From: an uncultured delta proteobacterium
Lineage (GTDB): Bacteria > Desulfobacterota > Binatia > UBA9968
Length of the DNA stretch: 64,000 bases
Direction: 5' to 3'
Assembly (NCBI GenBank): GCA_963816145.1
Contig: CAWFJP010000011.1
Location: 352,001 to 416,000, forward strand
In this document: positions 21,964 through 31,023 of the stretch, piece by piece
How the letters are laid out: each line of letters begins with the position of its first letter
Position numbering within the stretch: the stretch's first letter is position 1
Notes under the pieces: generated by a model
Seen by the model: only the letters and a program-made list of their open reading frames with translations
Database searches by the model: none
Told to the model about the DNA's origin: nothing
Program-made: the position numbers and the translations under genes

Positions 21964-22201
21964 AGTAGCCCGCCTCCTAAGATCAGGGAAAGAAATTTCG
22001 CCGCACTATAGTCAGCCTGAGCAGTACCGTCAAATAGCTGGCAAGAAAGGACAATAACCGGCCAGCGCATCATGCCAACAGCCAATCAAGACAGCCGCCC
22101 TCTCTGTTTTGAACTTCAGAACTGTCTTTGAAATTCCTTAAAATTGATTGTTTCTACCAAATAATTTCTTTAGAATGCAGCGTTCCCACCGCTACAAGTA
22201 G

Positions 22202-22217
22202 TGGCATGTCGGTTGCT
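22202..22217 (+). promoter_or_regulatory. Sigma-54 (-24/-12) promoter
   Basis: TGGCAT-GTCGG-TTGCT matches TGGCAC-N5-TTGCW spacing; 33 nt upstream of the ATG and ahead of the AGGAGG RBS. Confidence 0.65.
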
Positions 22218-22250
22218 CACGCTAATGCTGGCATGAAAAAGGAGGTGGCG

Positions 22251-23516
22251 ATGAAACATTTGTCACGTTGGCTACTGACCCTTTTGATCTCTCACTTGGC
22301 ATTCCTGCCAGTTCAAGCGATGGCTCAACAGAGCTCATCCACGGCCAATCCGTTCCCAGTACCGGCCGGTTTGGAACCGGCCATCGAGTTCTGGAAAAAA
22401 ATCTTCACCGAATACAGCTTCAGTCAGTTGGTCTTCTTCGATCCGCTCGACATGAGCAAGATCTACGAGGTCGTCGAGGTTGGCGAGGATAGCCGCACGA
22501 ATCAGTTCATCGATGGCGAGAGAGCGCGCCTTGCCGCCGCCAACGGCGTCGATATCGAGCGCGTCAAAGCCCAACGCGGCGTGCGCGAACGGACCGCGGA
22601 CGGCCTGAAGCGCGCTGGCCGCTATCTGGCGCAAATGCAGCAAGTGTTCATCGACCGCGGCCTGCCGCCAGAATTGAGTTACCTGCCGGTGGTCGAGTCT
22701 TCTTACGACATGAGCGCCCGTTCGTTCGTCGGCGCCGTCGGCATCTGGCAGTTCATGCCCGCCACCGGTCGAAGCTACATGCGCGTCGACAGGCTGATCG
22801 ACGAACGCCGAGATCCGCTCGAATCGACTCGCGCCGCTGCCGCTTATTTGGACCAAGCTTATGGATCTCTGGGCAGCTGGCCCTTAGCGATCACTTCATA
22901 CAACTATGGCCAAGCAGGTATGGCGCGCGCCGTGGCGGAAATCGGCTCGAGCAATCTGATCGACTTGATTCAACGCTACAACCATCCCTATTGGGGCTTT
23001 GCGCCAAAGCATTTTTATGCGGAGTTTCTCGCGGCGGTGGAAATCGGCAGGAACTTCACTCAATACTTTCCCGGTATCGAACAGGACGCGCCGCAAAAAA
23101 TTCAGGAAGTCACCCTGGCGAGCCATACATCACTCAGCACCGCGGTTAGATCTACCGGTCTCAGCCAGGACGAATTCATGGAGTGGAATCCCGCCCTGTC
23201 GGCCAACGTCCGCGTTTTGCCAGCCGGTTACCGCGTCAAGCTGCCGGCCGACCGGTCCGTTGAGCCCATCGTAGAAGTCGCCCAAGTGAACTATCAAGCG
23301 CCTGCCGCCGCACCGCGCCGGGTGGCATCGGCCCAGTCGCAGCAGCGACAAGCAGCGAATACTCAAGTCATCCATCACCTCGTCCAGCGCGGCGAAACGC
23401 TGATCCAGATCGCCCAACGCTACGGCGCTTCAGTGCAGCGAATTCTGCAGATGAACGGGATTCGCCAAGCGCACCTGGTAAGAGCTGGCATCACTTTGCG
23501 CATTCCGAGATTGTAA
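22251..23516 (+). CDS. Lytic transglycosylase (SLT/MltD-like) with C-terminal LysM
   Basis: Signal peptide; PVVESSY, GIWQFMPATG, SYNYG; LysM HLVQRGETLIQIAQRYG. Confidence 0.9.
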   Translation: MKHLSRWLLTLLISHLAFLPVQAMAQQSSSTANPFPVPAGLEPAIEFWKKIFTEYSFSQLVFFDPLDMSKIYEVVEVGEDSRTNQFIDGERARLAAANGVDIERVKAQRGVRERTADGLKRAGRYLAQMQQVFIDRGLPPELSYLPVVESSYDMSARSFVGAVGIWQFMPATGRSYMRVDRLIDERRDPLESTRAAAAYLDQAYGSLGSWPLAITSYNYGQAGMARAVAEIGSSNLIDLIQRYNHPYWGFAPKHFYAEFLAAVEIGRNFTQYFPGIEQDAPQKIQEVTLASHTSLSTAVRSTGLSQDEFMEWNPALSANVRVLPAGYRVKLPADRSVEPIVEVAQVNYQAPAAAPRRVASAQSQQRQAANTQVIHHLVQRGETLIQIAQRYGASVQRILQMNGIRQAHLVRAGITLRIPRL

Positions 23517-23681
23517 AACCAAACGCTCCGTCAGCGAATCTTGATTATGCAATTCAAGGCCGAACCTCCTCCCGGGGTTCGGCCTTGTCGCTTCCGGCCA
23601 AAACTTCCCGGCGCCTTCACACGATGGTTTTCCCGGCAGAACATTGACAAGCTTTCCCGCCGGCCCACTATAGTCACTGTC

Positions 23682-24674
23682 GTGACGCGAGCGGCAGTTA
23701 AAAATTTGACAGCTTGGAGTCGAAGACTGCGGCATTCGGTTGTCGGTGCGGTCATAGCTCTATCCCTGAGTTTTTCCGCTCATGCCCAAGATCAGCGCAA
23801 AGTTCGCCTAGCCTATTCGGCCTTTAGCATTTCGTTTCTAAATCTCTTTGTCGCCCGCGACGCCGGCCTGTTCAAAAAATATGGCTTGGAACCCGAACTG
23901 ATTCAGATGGCCGGACCGCTGCCGGTAGCCGCTTTGGCCTCGGGCGAGATCGATTACCTGACGGGATACACCACCGGTATTATCGCCACCGGTCAAGGCG
24001 CGCCGCTCAAGGGGATCCTGATCGCACTGCGCAAGCCGCCCTTTTACCTGGTCGCCGAGCCGAGCATCCATAGCATCAACGACCTTGCCGGCAAGCGTAT
24101 CGGCATCGATCGCATCGGCAGCTTGCAGCACCTGGTGGTCCGCTTGCTCATGCGTTCCAAAGGCGCCGATCCCGAGAAAGCGATCTTCACGCAAACCGGT
24201 TCAGTGTCCAATACGGTCAGCAGCTTGGGCCAGGGCGCAGTGTCCGCCGCAGTCTTATCTGGTCCGCATAACGTCATCATGGGACAAAAAGGCTTTCGCC
24301 AGGTCGGCGCCGCGGACGAGTTACCGATGCAGTTTCCCACTAGCGGCTTAGTGGTGAACGACAGCAAGCTTAAGAGCGACGCCAATCGCATCAAGAATGT
24401 TATACGGGTGATGCTCGACGCTTCGGCGTTTTGCCGCAAAGAGAGAACCTGGATGATCAATTACATCCGTGACAAGTGGAAGGTCGAGCAAAAAACTGCC
24501 GAGACGGTTTACGACCAGTGGCTGGGAATCCTCACGCCGGACGGCAAGATCGCCATCAAGGATATGCAGGAGTATTTCGACCTGGCGTATAATCAGAAAC
24601 AGATCCCCGCGCCGGTCAACGTCGCCGCGGTTACCGATTACACATTGATCGATCAGGTGTTGGCGGGGAAATAA
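23682..24674 (+). CDS. NMT1/THI5/SsuA-like ABC substrate-binding protein
   Basis: Signal peptide ending SAHA-Q; VARDAGLFKKYGLEPE, ALASGEID, DLAGKRIG. Start codon uncertain. Confidence 0.85.
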   Translation: MTRAAVKNLTAWSRRLRHSVVGAVIALSLSFSAHAQDQRKVRLAYSAFSISFLNLFVARDAGLFKKYGLEPELIQMAGPLPVAALASGEIDYLTGYTTGIIATGQGAPLKGILIALRKPPFYLVAEPSIHSINDLAGKRIGIDRIGSLQHLVVRLLMRSKGADPEKAIFTQTGSVSNTVSSLGQGAVSAAVLSGPHNVIMGQKGFRQVGAADELPMQFPTSGLVVNDSKLKSDANRIKNVIRVMLDASAFCRKERTWMINYIRDKWKVEQKTAETVYDQWLGILTPDGKIAIKDMQEYFDLAYNQKQIPAPVNVAAVTDYTLIDQVLAGK

Positions 24675-24758
24675 TCGTGTTCAGTTGCGGTCAAGCAGCT
24701 CTCAGATGAATTCCATCCCTAGACTCTAGACACGAGACCCAAGACAAGGAGTTTTATT

Positions 24759-25430
24759 ATGGTAGACGGCAAAGCACTCGTCGATTCAGTTCGCAAAGAA
24801 ATCATCGAACCCGGCATTGTGAGTTTGATGAACACGCAGTATTTCACCGAGCTGCGCCAGGGCAAGTTATCGGTCAAAAGAATGCAAGGTTGGTCGATCC
24901 AGCACTATCTGCACAATAAGGCGATTCTGAAATCGTTCGCCCTCGGCATGGTGAAGAATGCTCACGAACCGATCATGTTCGACTACTTCACCGAACAGTT
25001 CACCGAAGAGCAGACGCACCCCGACTTGGCCAAGCGCTTTGGCCTCGCCCTCGGTTTGAAGGAAGAAGACTTCACCGAGGCGACACAGATGTTCGAGTGC
25101 CAGATACACTCGGCGCGCACGGTCTACAACACGCTGATGGGTTACGCGCCGCAAAACCGCGCTTCGGCGCTCACTAGCGAGAGCATGGTTTGCCGATACT
25201 CGGAGGAATTTTTGAACGCCGGGCGCAAACACTACGGCCTCTCGGATCGCGATCTGACCTTCTTCAGCGTCCACATGGTCGCCGATCAGGAGCACACCGC
25301 GCGCTCGGCGGAATTGATTGCACGCATGGTCAAGACGCCGCGCGAAGAGCGGCTAGTGCGTGAAAGCGCCCAGTACATGGTGCGGATCAAGCTCGGCAAG
25401 TTCGACGGCCTATATCGCGAGTACGCCTGA
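24759..25430 (+). CDS. Heme-oxygenase-like (TenA/PqqC/CADD superfamily) iron-containing redox enzyme
   Basis: GKLS helix start, EEQTHP, TSESM, FFSVHMVADQEH motifs; GGAG RBS. Confidence 0.8.
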   Translation: MVDGKALVDSVRKEIIEPGIVSLMNTQYFTELRQGKLSVKRMQGWSIQHYLHNKAILKSFALGMVKNAHEPIMFDYFTEQFTEEQTHPDLAKRFGLALGLKEEDFTEATQMFECQIHSARTVYNTLMGYAPQNRASALTSESMVCRYSEEFLNAGRKHYGLSDRDLTFFSVHMVADQEHTARSAELIARMVKTPREERLVRESAQYMVRIKLGKFDGLYREYA

Positions 25431-25440
25431 GGGAAGTTCT

Positions 25441-26448
25441 ATGAAAAAAGGGTTCCTGTTTTTAACTTTCGCGCTGCTTCTGGCCGCCGATGCTTGGGCG
25501 CAAGCGGATCTGAACGCGCTCATCGCCGGCGCCAAGAACGACAAGGAAGTCGTTTGGTACACCACGACCTCCGCCGGCGACAACCAGGCGATCGTCGCCG
25601 GCTTCACTAAAAAATATCCATTTCTCAAAGTCCAAGTTCTGCGCAGCACCGGCGAGAAACTGCGCCAGCGCGTTTTGGCGGAGACTCAGGGCGGACAGTT
25701 TTTTTCCGATGTCTTGAGCGTCAGCAGCATGGAAATGGGCTTGCTCAAGTCGCGCAACCTGCTGCAACCCTACGACCCTCCCGAAGCGGACGCTTATCCG
25801 GCTAACGCCAGAGACAGAGAGAAGGCTTTCACGGCGATCTATGCGCGCAACTTCGTCATGGGTTTCAACACCGCCATGCTCGGCGAAAAAGAGCGGCCGC
25901 GCGATTGGCCCGACCTGCTCGCGCCCTTCTGGAAGGGCAAGTTCGCCATGGACGAGGAAGAGTTCGAGTGGTTCGGCACGCTAGTCGACTATTGGGGGAG
26001 GGAAAAGGCCGGCAAGTTCATCCGCGCTCTAGCGGCGCAGCAACCGCAGTTGCGCCGTGGTCATAGCCTGCTTGCCCAACTGCTCGCTGCCGGCGAGTTT
26101 CACGCCGCCATCGTTTTTCCGTTCGAGATTGAACAGCTTAAACTAAAAGGGGCGCGGGTCGACTGGGCCGCGACCTCCGATCCGATCGTCACCTCGATCA
26201 ACGTCATGGCGCTGTCGACCAAGGCGCCCCATTCGAACTCCGGCAAGCTGCTGATCAATTACGTCTTGTCCGAAGAAGGCCAGACCATCATCAAGAATCT
26301 CTCCCGCGTGCCAATCCGCCCCGGTGTCAAGCCGACCATCGCCAAGCTCGATCAATCGGCGCTGAAAATCCATTACGTCCCCGCCGACATGTTCCGCAAG
26401 GTCGCCGAGTACGAAAAGGAATTCAGGGAACTGTTCTGGAAGAAGTAG
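25441..26448 (+). CDS. Extracellular solute-binding protein (Fe3+/AfuA-like ABC family)
   Basis: Signal peptide ending AWA-Q; VVWYT, FTKKYP, PRDWPDLL, KAPHSNSGKLLINYVLSEEGQ motifs. Confidence 0.85.
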   Translation: MKKGFLFLTFALLLAADAWAQADLNALIAGAKNDKEVVWYTTTSAGDNQAIVAGFTKKYPFLKVQVLRSTGEKLRQRVLAETQGGQFFSDVLSVSSMEMGLLKSRNLLQPYDPPEADAYPANARDREKAFTAIYARNFVMGFNTAMLGEKERPRDWPDLLAPFWKGKFAMDEEEFEWFGTLVDYWGREKAGKFIRALAAQQPQLRRGHSLLAQLLAAGEFHAAIVFPFEIEQLKLKGARVDWAATSDPIVTSINVMALSTKAPHSNSGKLLINYVLSEEGQTIIKNLSRVPIRPGVKPTIAKLDQSALKIHYVPADMFRKVAEYEKEFRELFWKK

Positions 26449-26519
26449 TAAAGCGAATGATCCTCGGCCTTAAGCCGCAGGATTCTGAATTCGTCGACTG
26501 GCAGTCGATTCTCTCTTTA

Positions 26520-26603
26520 GTCTTTCCGGCGCAGGCCGGAATCCAGGTTTGCTTTGTCGATATAGCGCAAGCGCAGATAGATGCCGGCCTGCGCCGGCAT
26601 GAC
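26520..26603. repeat. Inverted pair of REP/dRS3-like palindromes
   Basis: GTCTTTCCGGCGCAGGCCGGAATCCAG...TAGATGCCGGCCTGCGCCGGCATGAC; related pair at 51638-51705. Confidence 0.75.
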
Positions 26604-26640
26604 GTAGTACAGACCACCGACCTGTTTCTGGACTCGCCAA

Positions 26641-27324
26641 TCAGGACGGTAGTGTCGTAGCTTCGATCTCCACTAGATACTTTTCGCCGGCGAAGCCGTC
26701 GACGAAGGTAAACTCGATCTCTGGCACGCTCTGCCGGCTGTCAGCGGCGAGGACCTGCCTGGCTTCCTCGACATTCGAGCCGCGCTGCAGTAGCAGAGAT
26801 AGTTTCTTTACTTTCGACCAATCGGTTTTCGCCCGCGCAAAAGCGTTATCCAACGTTCCCAACACATCTGCGATCTGCCGCGCCAATGTCGCCGCCTCGG
26901 AAGTGAAGCCGGAGAAAAACAGCAGCCCATCGTATTCCAGATAACAGAGATAATTGCGCGCCGGCTCGAAGTCGACCGGTTTTCTCTGTACCGGAGGATT
27001 CAATGGCCGCAGCGCAAGAAGTTCCAACCCGGCCGAGCTGGCGGAATCGAACCAGGGTTGCGAGATAAAACTCGAGCTGGCGGCACGACGACTGCCGCTG
27101 AGAATTTTCGCGCGAGCCAGCGTCGCGTCCGTGCGCGCCTGTCGGTCCCGCCCGAACACGCGAATGCGCGCCGTGTGATCGAGCGATAAACCATGGGACT
27201 TGAGCGCACCATCAAATCGTGCGAATAATTCCGCCGTCGCGCTTTCGACCGATGCCCCAGACTTCGCTTCACCGGAAACTTCAACAAACTCACGCCCTAG
27301 CCAAGTAAAGATCTTTGTTTCCAT
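26641..27324 (-). CDS. Hypothetical protein, possibly tandem Rid/YjgF-like domains
   Basis: Two halves ending in GLELLA and LVEIEA; LFFSG and QIADVLGTLDNAF segments resemble Rid-fold elements. Confidence 0.5.
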   Translation of the reverse strand: METKIFTWLGREFVEVSGEAKSGASVESATAELFARFDGALKSHGLSLDHTARIRVFGRDRQARTDATLARAKILSGSRRAASSSFISQPWFDSASSAGLELLALRPLNPPVQRKPVDFEPARNYLCYLEYDGLLFFSGFTSEAATLARQIADVLGTLDNAFARAKTDWSKVKKLSLLLQRGSNVEEARQVLAADSRQSVPEIEFTFVDGFAGEKYLVEIEATTLPS

Positions 27325-27433
27325 ACCGGCCGTAACATACTGCAACATGGCAACCGAGACAAAGCCATTTTTGCGTCCAGCGAATCAATTTAAATTCACT
27401 GTGGATCGGACGTTGATGGCGGCGTCCCATATC

Positions 27434-27460
27434 TGTCATTTCGAGCGGAGCGAGAAATCT
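27434..27460 (+). repeat. REP-like element TGTCATTTCGAGCGGAGCGAGAAATCT
   Basis: Intergenic GTCA-headed imperfect palindrome (ATTTC...GAAAT). Confidence 0.55.
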
Positions 27461-27569
27461 TTCCCGCTTCCAGCATCGCGGCCAAAATCAAGTGCACCAT
27501 TCGACCCGCGACTTGCGTTTGTCCGCCTGTTTGGCATATCTGGCGTAGGCTCTTTCAATAGGAGAATCG

Positions 27570-28081
27570 ATGATCGCGCCACGCCTCACCACCACAACGT
27601 GCGCTCTGCTGGTCTCGCTGTTTCTTGTTACGGTCGCGTTCGCCCAACCGACCAAGATCCGCCTGGCCTCTACGGCCGCCACCAGCACGGAGAAGGTCGC
27701 CTTCGCTCTGGCCAAGGACGCCGGCATTCTCAAAAAACACAATATCGATCTGGAAGTAATCTTGATCACCGGCGGCCCGGTGGCGATTACATGAAAAGTA
27801 ATGGCGACGCTCTCCGGCGCTTCCTGCGCGCGTACGTTGAATCGATCCGGTACTACAAAACCAACCGCGCCGATGCCATCGAGGAAACCATGAAAGCGAT
27901 CCGTACCGACGACCGTCAACTCGCCGAAGCCGACTACAACTTCCGCGCCCGCGCCTTCCCCGACGACGGCAAACCGACGTTGAAGGGAATCCAGCTGGCC
28001 ATCGACGAGTTGGTGAAAGAGAACCCGAAAGCAAAAACCGTCACACCACAGCAAGTGATCGATCTCAGCTTTCTGCCGTAG
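27570..28081 (+). pseudogene. NMT1-like substrate-binding protein with a large internal deletion
   Basis: AGGAG RBS, signal peptide and AKDAGILKKHNIDLEVILITGG N-terminus, joined out of frame near 27785 to a typical C-terminus RRFLRAYVES...VIDLSFLP. Confidence 0.75.
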
Positions 28082-28085
28082 AAAA

Positions 28086-28487
28086 ATGTTTCACCGCCTC
28101 ATCACCGCCGAAGGCCAGAGCCGTTCCGCCGGAACCGTGGAAATTTTCGGTTGGCTGATTCTCGTCGAAGGCGCTTCGATAGTGCTCTTGCCGCAACTCG
28201 CCGTCGGGCTGCTACATCTTCCGCTACTGGTCGAGCAAGCGGAGAATTATTTCCGGCTCGTCGGGATACTGGTGAGCGGTGTCGGCATGCTCTATGTTGT
28301 CAGTGGCCGGCTAAACGCCGAAGGCTTTGTCTTTGCCTCGATGCTCGATCGACCGCTGGTCCCCATCGCGATGGCGATCCTTTGGCATTTGGAAATCATA
28401 CCGGGACCTCTAGCCGTGATTTTTTCGATCCAAGATTTCGGCAGTTTTCTTTGGACGTTCGTCATGTGGCGGTCGGAACATAGATGA
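28086..28487 (+). CDS. Hypothetical membrane protein
   Basis: 133 aa with about 4 hydrophobic segments; tightly spaced between co-oriented genes. Confidence 0.65.
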   Translation: MFHRLITAEGQSRSAGTVEIFGWLILVEGASIVLLPQLAVGLLHLPLLVEQAENYFRLVGILVSGVGMLYVVSGRLNAEGFVFASMLDRPLVPIAMAILWHLEIIPGPLAVIFSIQDFGSFLWTFVMWRSEHR

Positions 28488-28512
28488 TGATCGTAGCGAC
28501 GGAGGACATATT

Positions 28513-29406
28513 ATGAGTAACCCGACAATCGGTTTCATTGGTCTCGGCATCATGGGCAAACCCATAGCGCGCCACCTACTCAATGCGGGCTACCCGTTGG
28601 TTATCCATAACCGCAGCCGTGCAGCGGTGGATGAATTAGCCAAGGAAGGCGCGCAACCAGCAGCGAATTCGCAGGATGTCGCCCAACGCAGCGATGTGAA
28701 TATCACCATGCTGCCGGATTCTCCTGACGTCGATTTGGTCTACGCCGGTGAGCGCGGCATCTTCGCCGGTGTGAAATCCGGCACATTGCTAATCGACATG
28801 TCGAGCATATCACCGGTGGTTGCGCGAAAGCTTGCCGCTGAAGCGGAAAAGCGCGGCTGTGACATGCTCGACGCCCCGGTGAGCGGCGGTGAAGCGGGCG
28901 CCATCGCCGCAAGCCTGTCGATCATGATCGGCGGCAAAGTTTCCGCCGTGGAACGCGCCATGCCGATCTTTGAAAAGCTCGGCAAAAACATCGTTCACGT
29001 TGGCGATGCCGGCGCCGGCCAGGTAACCAAAGCAGCGAACCAGATGGTCGTCGGCACGACGATCGCAATCGTCGGCGAAGCGCTCGTGCTGGCGGCGAAA
29101 GCCGGTGTCGATCCGGGGAAAGTAAGACAAGCGCTGCTCGGCGGCTTCGCCCAATCGAAAATCCTCGAAGCCCACGGCCAGAAAATGCTCGATCGCAACT
29201 TCAAACCCGGCTTCCGCATCCGCCTGCACGAGAAAGATATGAAGATTGCTTTGGCGACCGGGAGTGAGTACGGTGTGCCGCTCATGGTCACCGGCGTCGT
29301 CGGTCAGATGATGACCGCCATGAAAGGCATGGGCAACGGCGACTTGGATCACGCCGGGCTGGTGAAGTTCGTAGAAGAGCTGGCGAAGAAGCAGGTTAGT
29401 GATTAG
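28513..29406 (+). CDS. garR: 2-hydroxy-3-oxopropionate (tartronate semialdehyde) reductase
   Basis: IGFIGLGIMG, LDAPVSGG, GAGQVTKAANQ, FKPGFRIRLHEKD motifs. Confidence 0.85.
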   Translation: MSNPTIGFIGLGIMGKPIARHLLNAGYPLVIHNRSRAAVDELAKEGAQPAANSQDVAQRSDVNITMLPDSPDVDLVYAGERGIFAGVKSGTLLIDMSSISPVVARKLAAEAEKRGCDMLDAPVSGGEAGAIAASLSIMIGGKVSAVERAMPIFEKLGKNIVHVGDAGAGQVTKAANQMVVGTTIAIVGEALVLAAKAGVDPGKVRQALLGGFAQSKILEAHGQKMLDRNFKPGFRIRLHEKDMKIALATGSEYGVPLMVTGVVGQMMTAMKGMGNGDLDHAGLVKFVEELAKKQVSD

Positions 29407-29429
29407 TGAGTTAGGGGTTAGTGATTTAG
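29395..29429 (+). repeat. TTAGTGA/TTAGGGG short tandem repeat, left flank of four-helix-bundle gene
   Basis: gttagtgattagtgagttaggggttagtgatttag; inverted counterpart at 29804-29840. Confidence 0.75.
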
Positions 29430-29803
29430 CCGGACCGTTTGTTGAGTTGTTGGGAAATCATGCGGTTTAACATCTTTAGGATTTCTTCCAAGAGCGCCCG
29501 ACGCTCCTGAAAACCCGCACCGTCGATCAGGTCTAAATCTCGGCATTTGAGATACCAATCCAGAGTTTCAGTCGTCGAACCACGAGCTACGATCAGATAG
29601 TGCGTGTACTCTTTGCCGGTCCGCCTTCCAAAACCTTCGGCGATATTGGCACTAATCGAGCTTGCCGACCGCAAAACTTGGTTGGTGATCACGCGCCCAG
29701 TCGCACTGATGGGGAACCCACCAACATCGCGCGCAACATCAAGAAAGAGCTGATGGGCTTTTTGCCAAACTATTAAATCTTCAAAACTGCGAATCTCGCC
29801 CAC
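29426..29803 (-). CDS. Four-helix bundle protein (23S rRNA IVP/Avd-like family)
   Basis: SFEDLIVWQKAH, QVLRSASSISANIAEGFGR, IVARGSTTE family motifs. Confidence 0.92.
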   Translation of the reverse strand: MGEIRSFEDLIVWQKAHQLFLDVARDVGGFPISATGRVITNQVLRSASSISANIAEGFGRRTGKEYTHYLIVARGSTTETLDWYLKCRDLDLIDGAGFQERRALLEEILKMLNRMISQQLNKRSG

Positions 29804-29840
29804 AACCTAACTCACTAATTCCCTAACCCCTAAATCACTA
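29804..29840 (-). repeat. TTAGTGA/TTAGGGG short tandem repeat, right flank (inverted)
   Basis: Reverse complement reads tagtgatttaggggttagggaattagtgagttaggtt. Confidence 0.75.
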
Positions 29841-29842
29841 CC

Positions 29843-30826
29843 CTACGGTTTCCACCCCGTCTTATTGAGCTGAGCATCGGCCTCCGCCGCAAAACTGAAA
29901 TCATACGCTTTGGCATTGGCCAGAGTCTCATTGCCGTTGATGACCTGGCGGATGATGTTGAGGTCGTTGCGCTGGGTCTCGTCGTCGACGACGCCATTGC
30001 GCGTAAAAGTGCCGATGAGATCATCGTAGAGGCGCGTCGCTTGCTGGCGGGAGATGCCGGAGAATTTTAGCAACGCCGCCACCGTTCCTTCTTTGTCCTG
30101 GCGCAGGTAGCGCAACGCCTTGAGCGTCGCGCGCACAAAGCCTGACACCATTTTGGGATTTTCTTTTATGAGTTTGTCCGTCGTCGCTAGCGTGCCCCAG
30201 GAATTTTTCACTTCATTGCCCATGAAAAACATTTCATGCATGCCTTTATCCAACGCCGTGTAGCGCTGTTCGACGCTGAGCACGGCCGCGTCGAAAGCTC
30301 CGCCGAGAAGCGCCGTGAGCTGGTTGCCCTGTCCGACGTCGAGATAATTAACATCCTTGTTGCCATCGATACCGTGCTTGGTAAGAATCTGTTTCAGCAT
30401 AAAGGTCGCGATGGCGGCCACCCCTGTCGTGGCAATTTTCTTGCCTTTAAGCTCTTTGGGGCTTTTTATCTCAGGCCGCGTGACCAGCCATTGAAGCACA
30501 CGATCGTTGGTCGCGACCACGACCTTGAGCGGCGTGTTGCCGCGCGCGATGCTGACGAGCGCGCTGCTACCCGCGCCGGTGAACTGAACGTCGCCACCGA
30601 GCATGGCCTGGATGCTCGTCGTCGGCGCCACGAAGATGACCCTTTCGTCCAGGCCTTCTTCCTTCATGTACCCCTTCTGTTGCGCCACCGGGTAGATCAC
30701 CATCTGAAAGCTTTTCGCCGGGACCGCCATGTTGACGGTCTGAAACTGCTGCGCGCTCACGCCCTGCGCGGCGAACAGAACGGCGCTGATGGCGATCAAC
30801 AATTTGGCTAGAGAAGTTCTTGGCAT
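29843..30826 (-). CDS. NMT1/THI5-like ABC substrate-binding protein
   Basis: Start MPRTSLAK after AGGAG; signal peptide; VAQQKGYMKEEGLD, ELKGKKIA motifs. The longer ORF-track extension overlaps the amidohydrolase. Confidence 0.85.
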   Translation of the reverse strand: MPRTSLAKLLIAISAVLFAAQGVSAQQFQTVNMAVPAKSFQMVIYPVAQQKGYMKEEGLDERVIFVAPTTSIQAMLGGDVQFTGAGSSALVSIARGNTPLKVVVATNDRVLQWLVTRPEIKSPKELKGKKIATTGVAAIATFMLKQILTKHGIDGNKDVNYLDVGQGNQLTALLGGAFDAAVLSVEQRYTALDKGMHEMFFMGNEVKNSWGTLATTDKLIKENPKMVSGFVRATLKALRYLRQDKEGTVAALLKFSGISRQQATRLYDDLIGTFTRNGVVDDETQRNDLNIIRQVINGNETLANAKAYDFSFAAEADAQLNKTGWKP

Positions 30827-31023
30827 AGAATAGCTCCTCTCATTGTCCTGTTCATTGCGAATCTTTCCGCGTTCGATGCGAGAATTCCATCTCACCCATT
30901 GGATCAGGAAGTACACGAAGGATTCGTTTAACACTTCCGGGCGGTCGTCCCCGGCACCAGCGCCTAAGCGCTGATGCCGGAGGGCAATGGCCGGACATAC
31001 CGAAACCATTTTCGCCAGGGCTG

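Noticed and set aside
23644-23674. TTGACA...TATAGT promoter
   Set aside because: The spacer is 19 nt, outside the usual range, so it was not called.
24759-25430. pqqC or tenA assignment
   Set aside because: No pqq or thiamine-salvage context, and the motif pattern fits a dimetal site better.
29426-29803. Avd of a diversity-generating retroelement, or an rRNA intervening sequence
   Set aside because: No reverse transcriptase and no rRNA sequence in the window.
30951-30980. 13-bp hairpin between the amidohydrolase and binding-protein genes as an ncRNA
   Set aside because: Single stem with no U-tract or family features; most likely an mRNA stability element.
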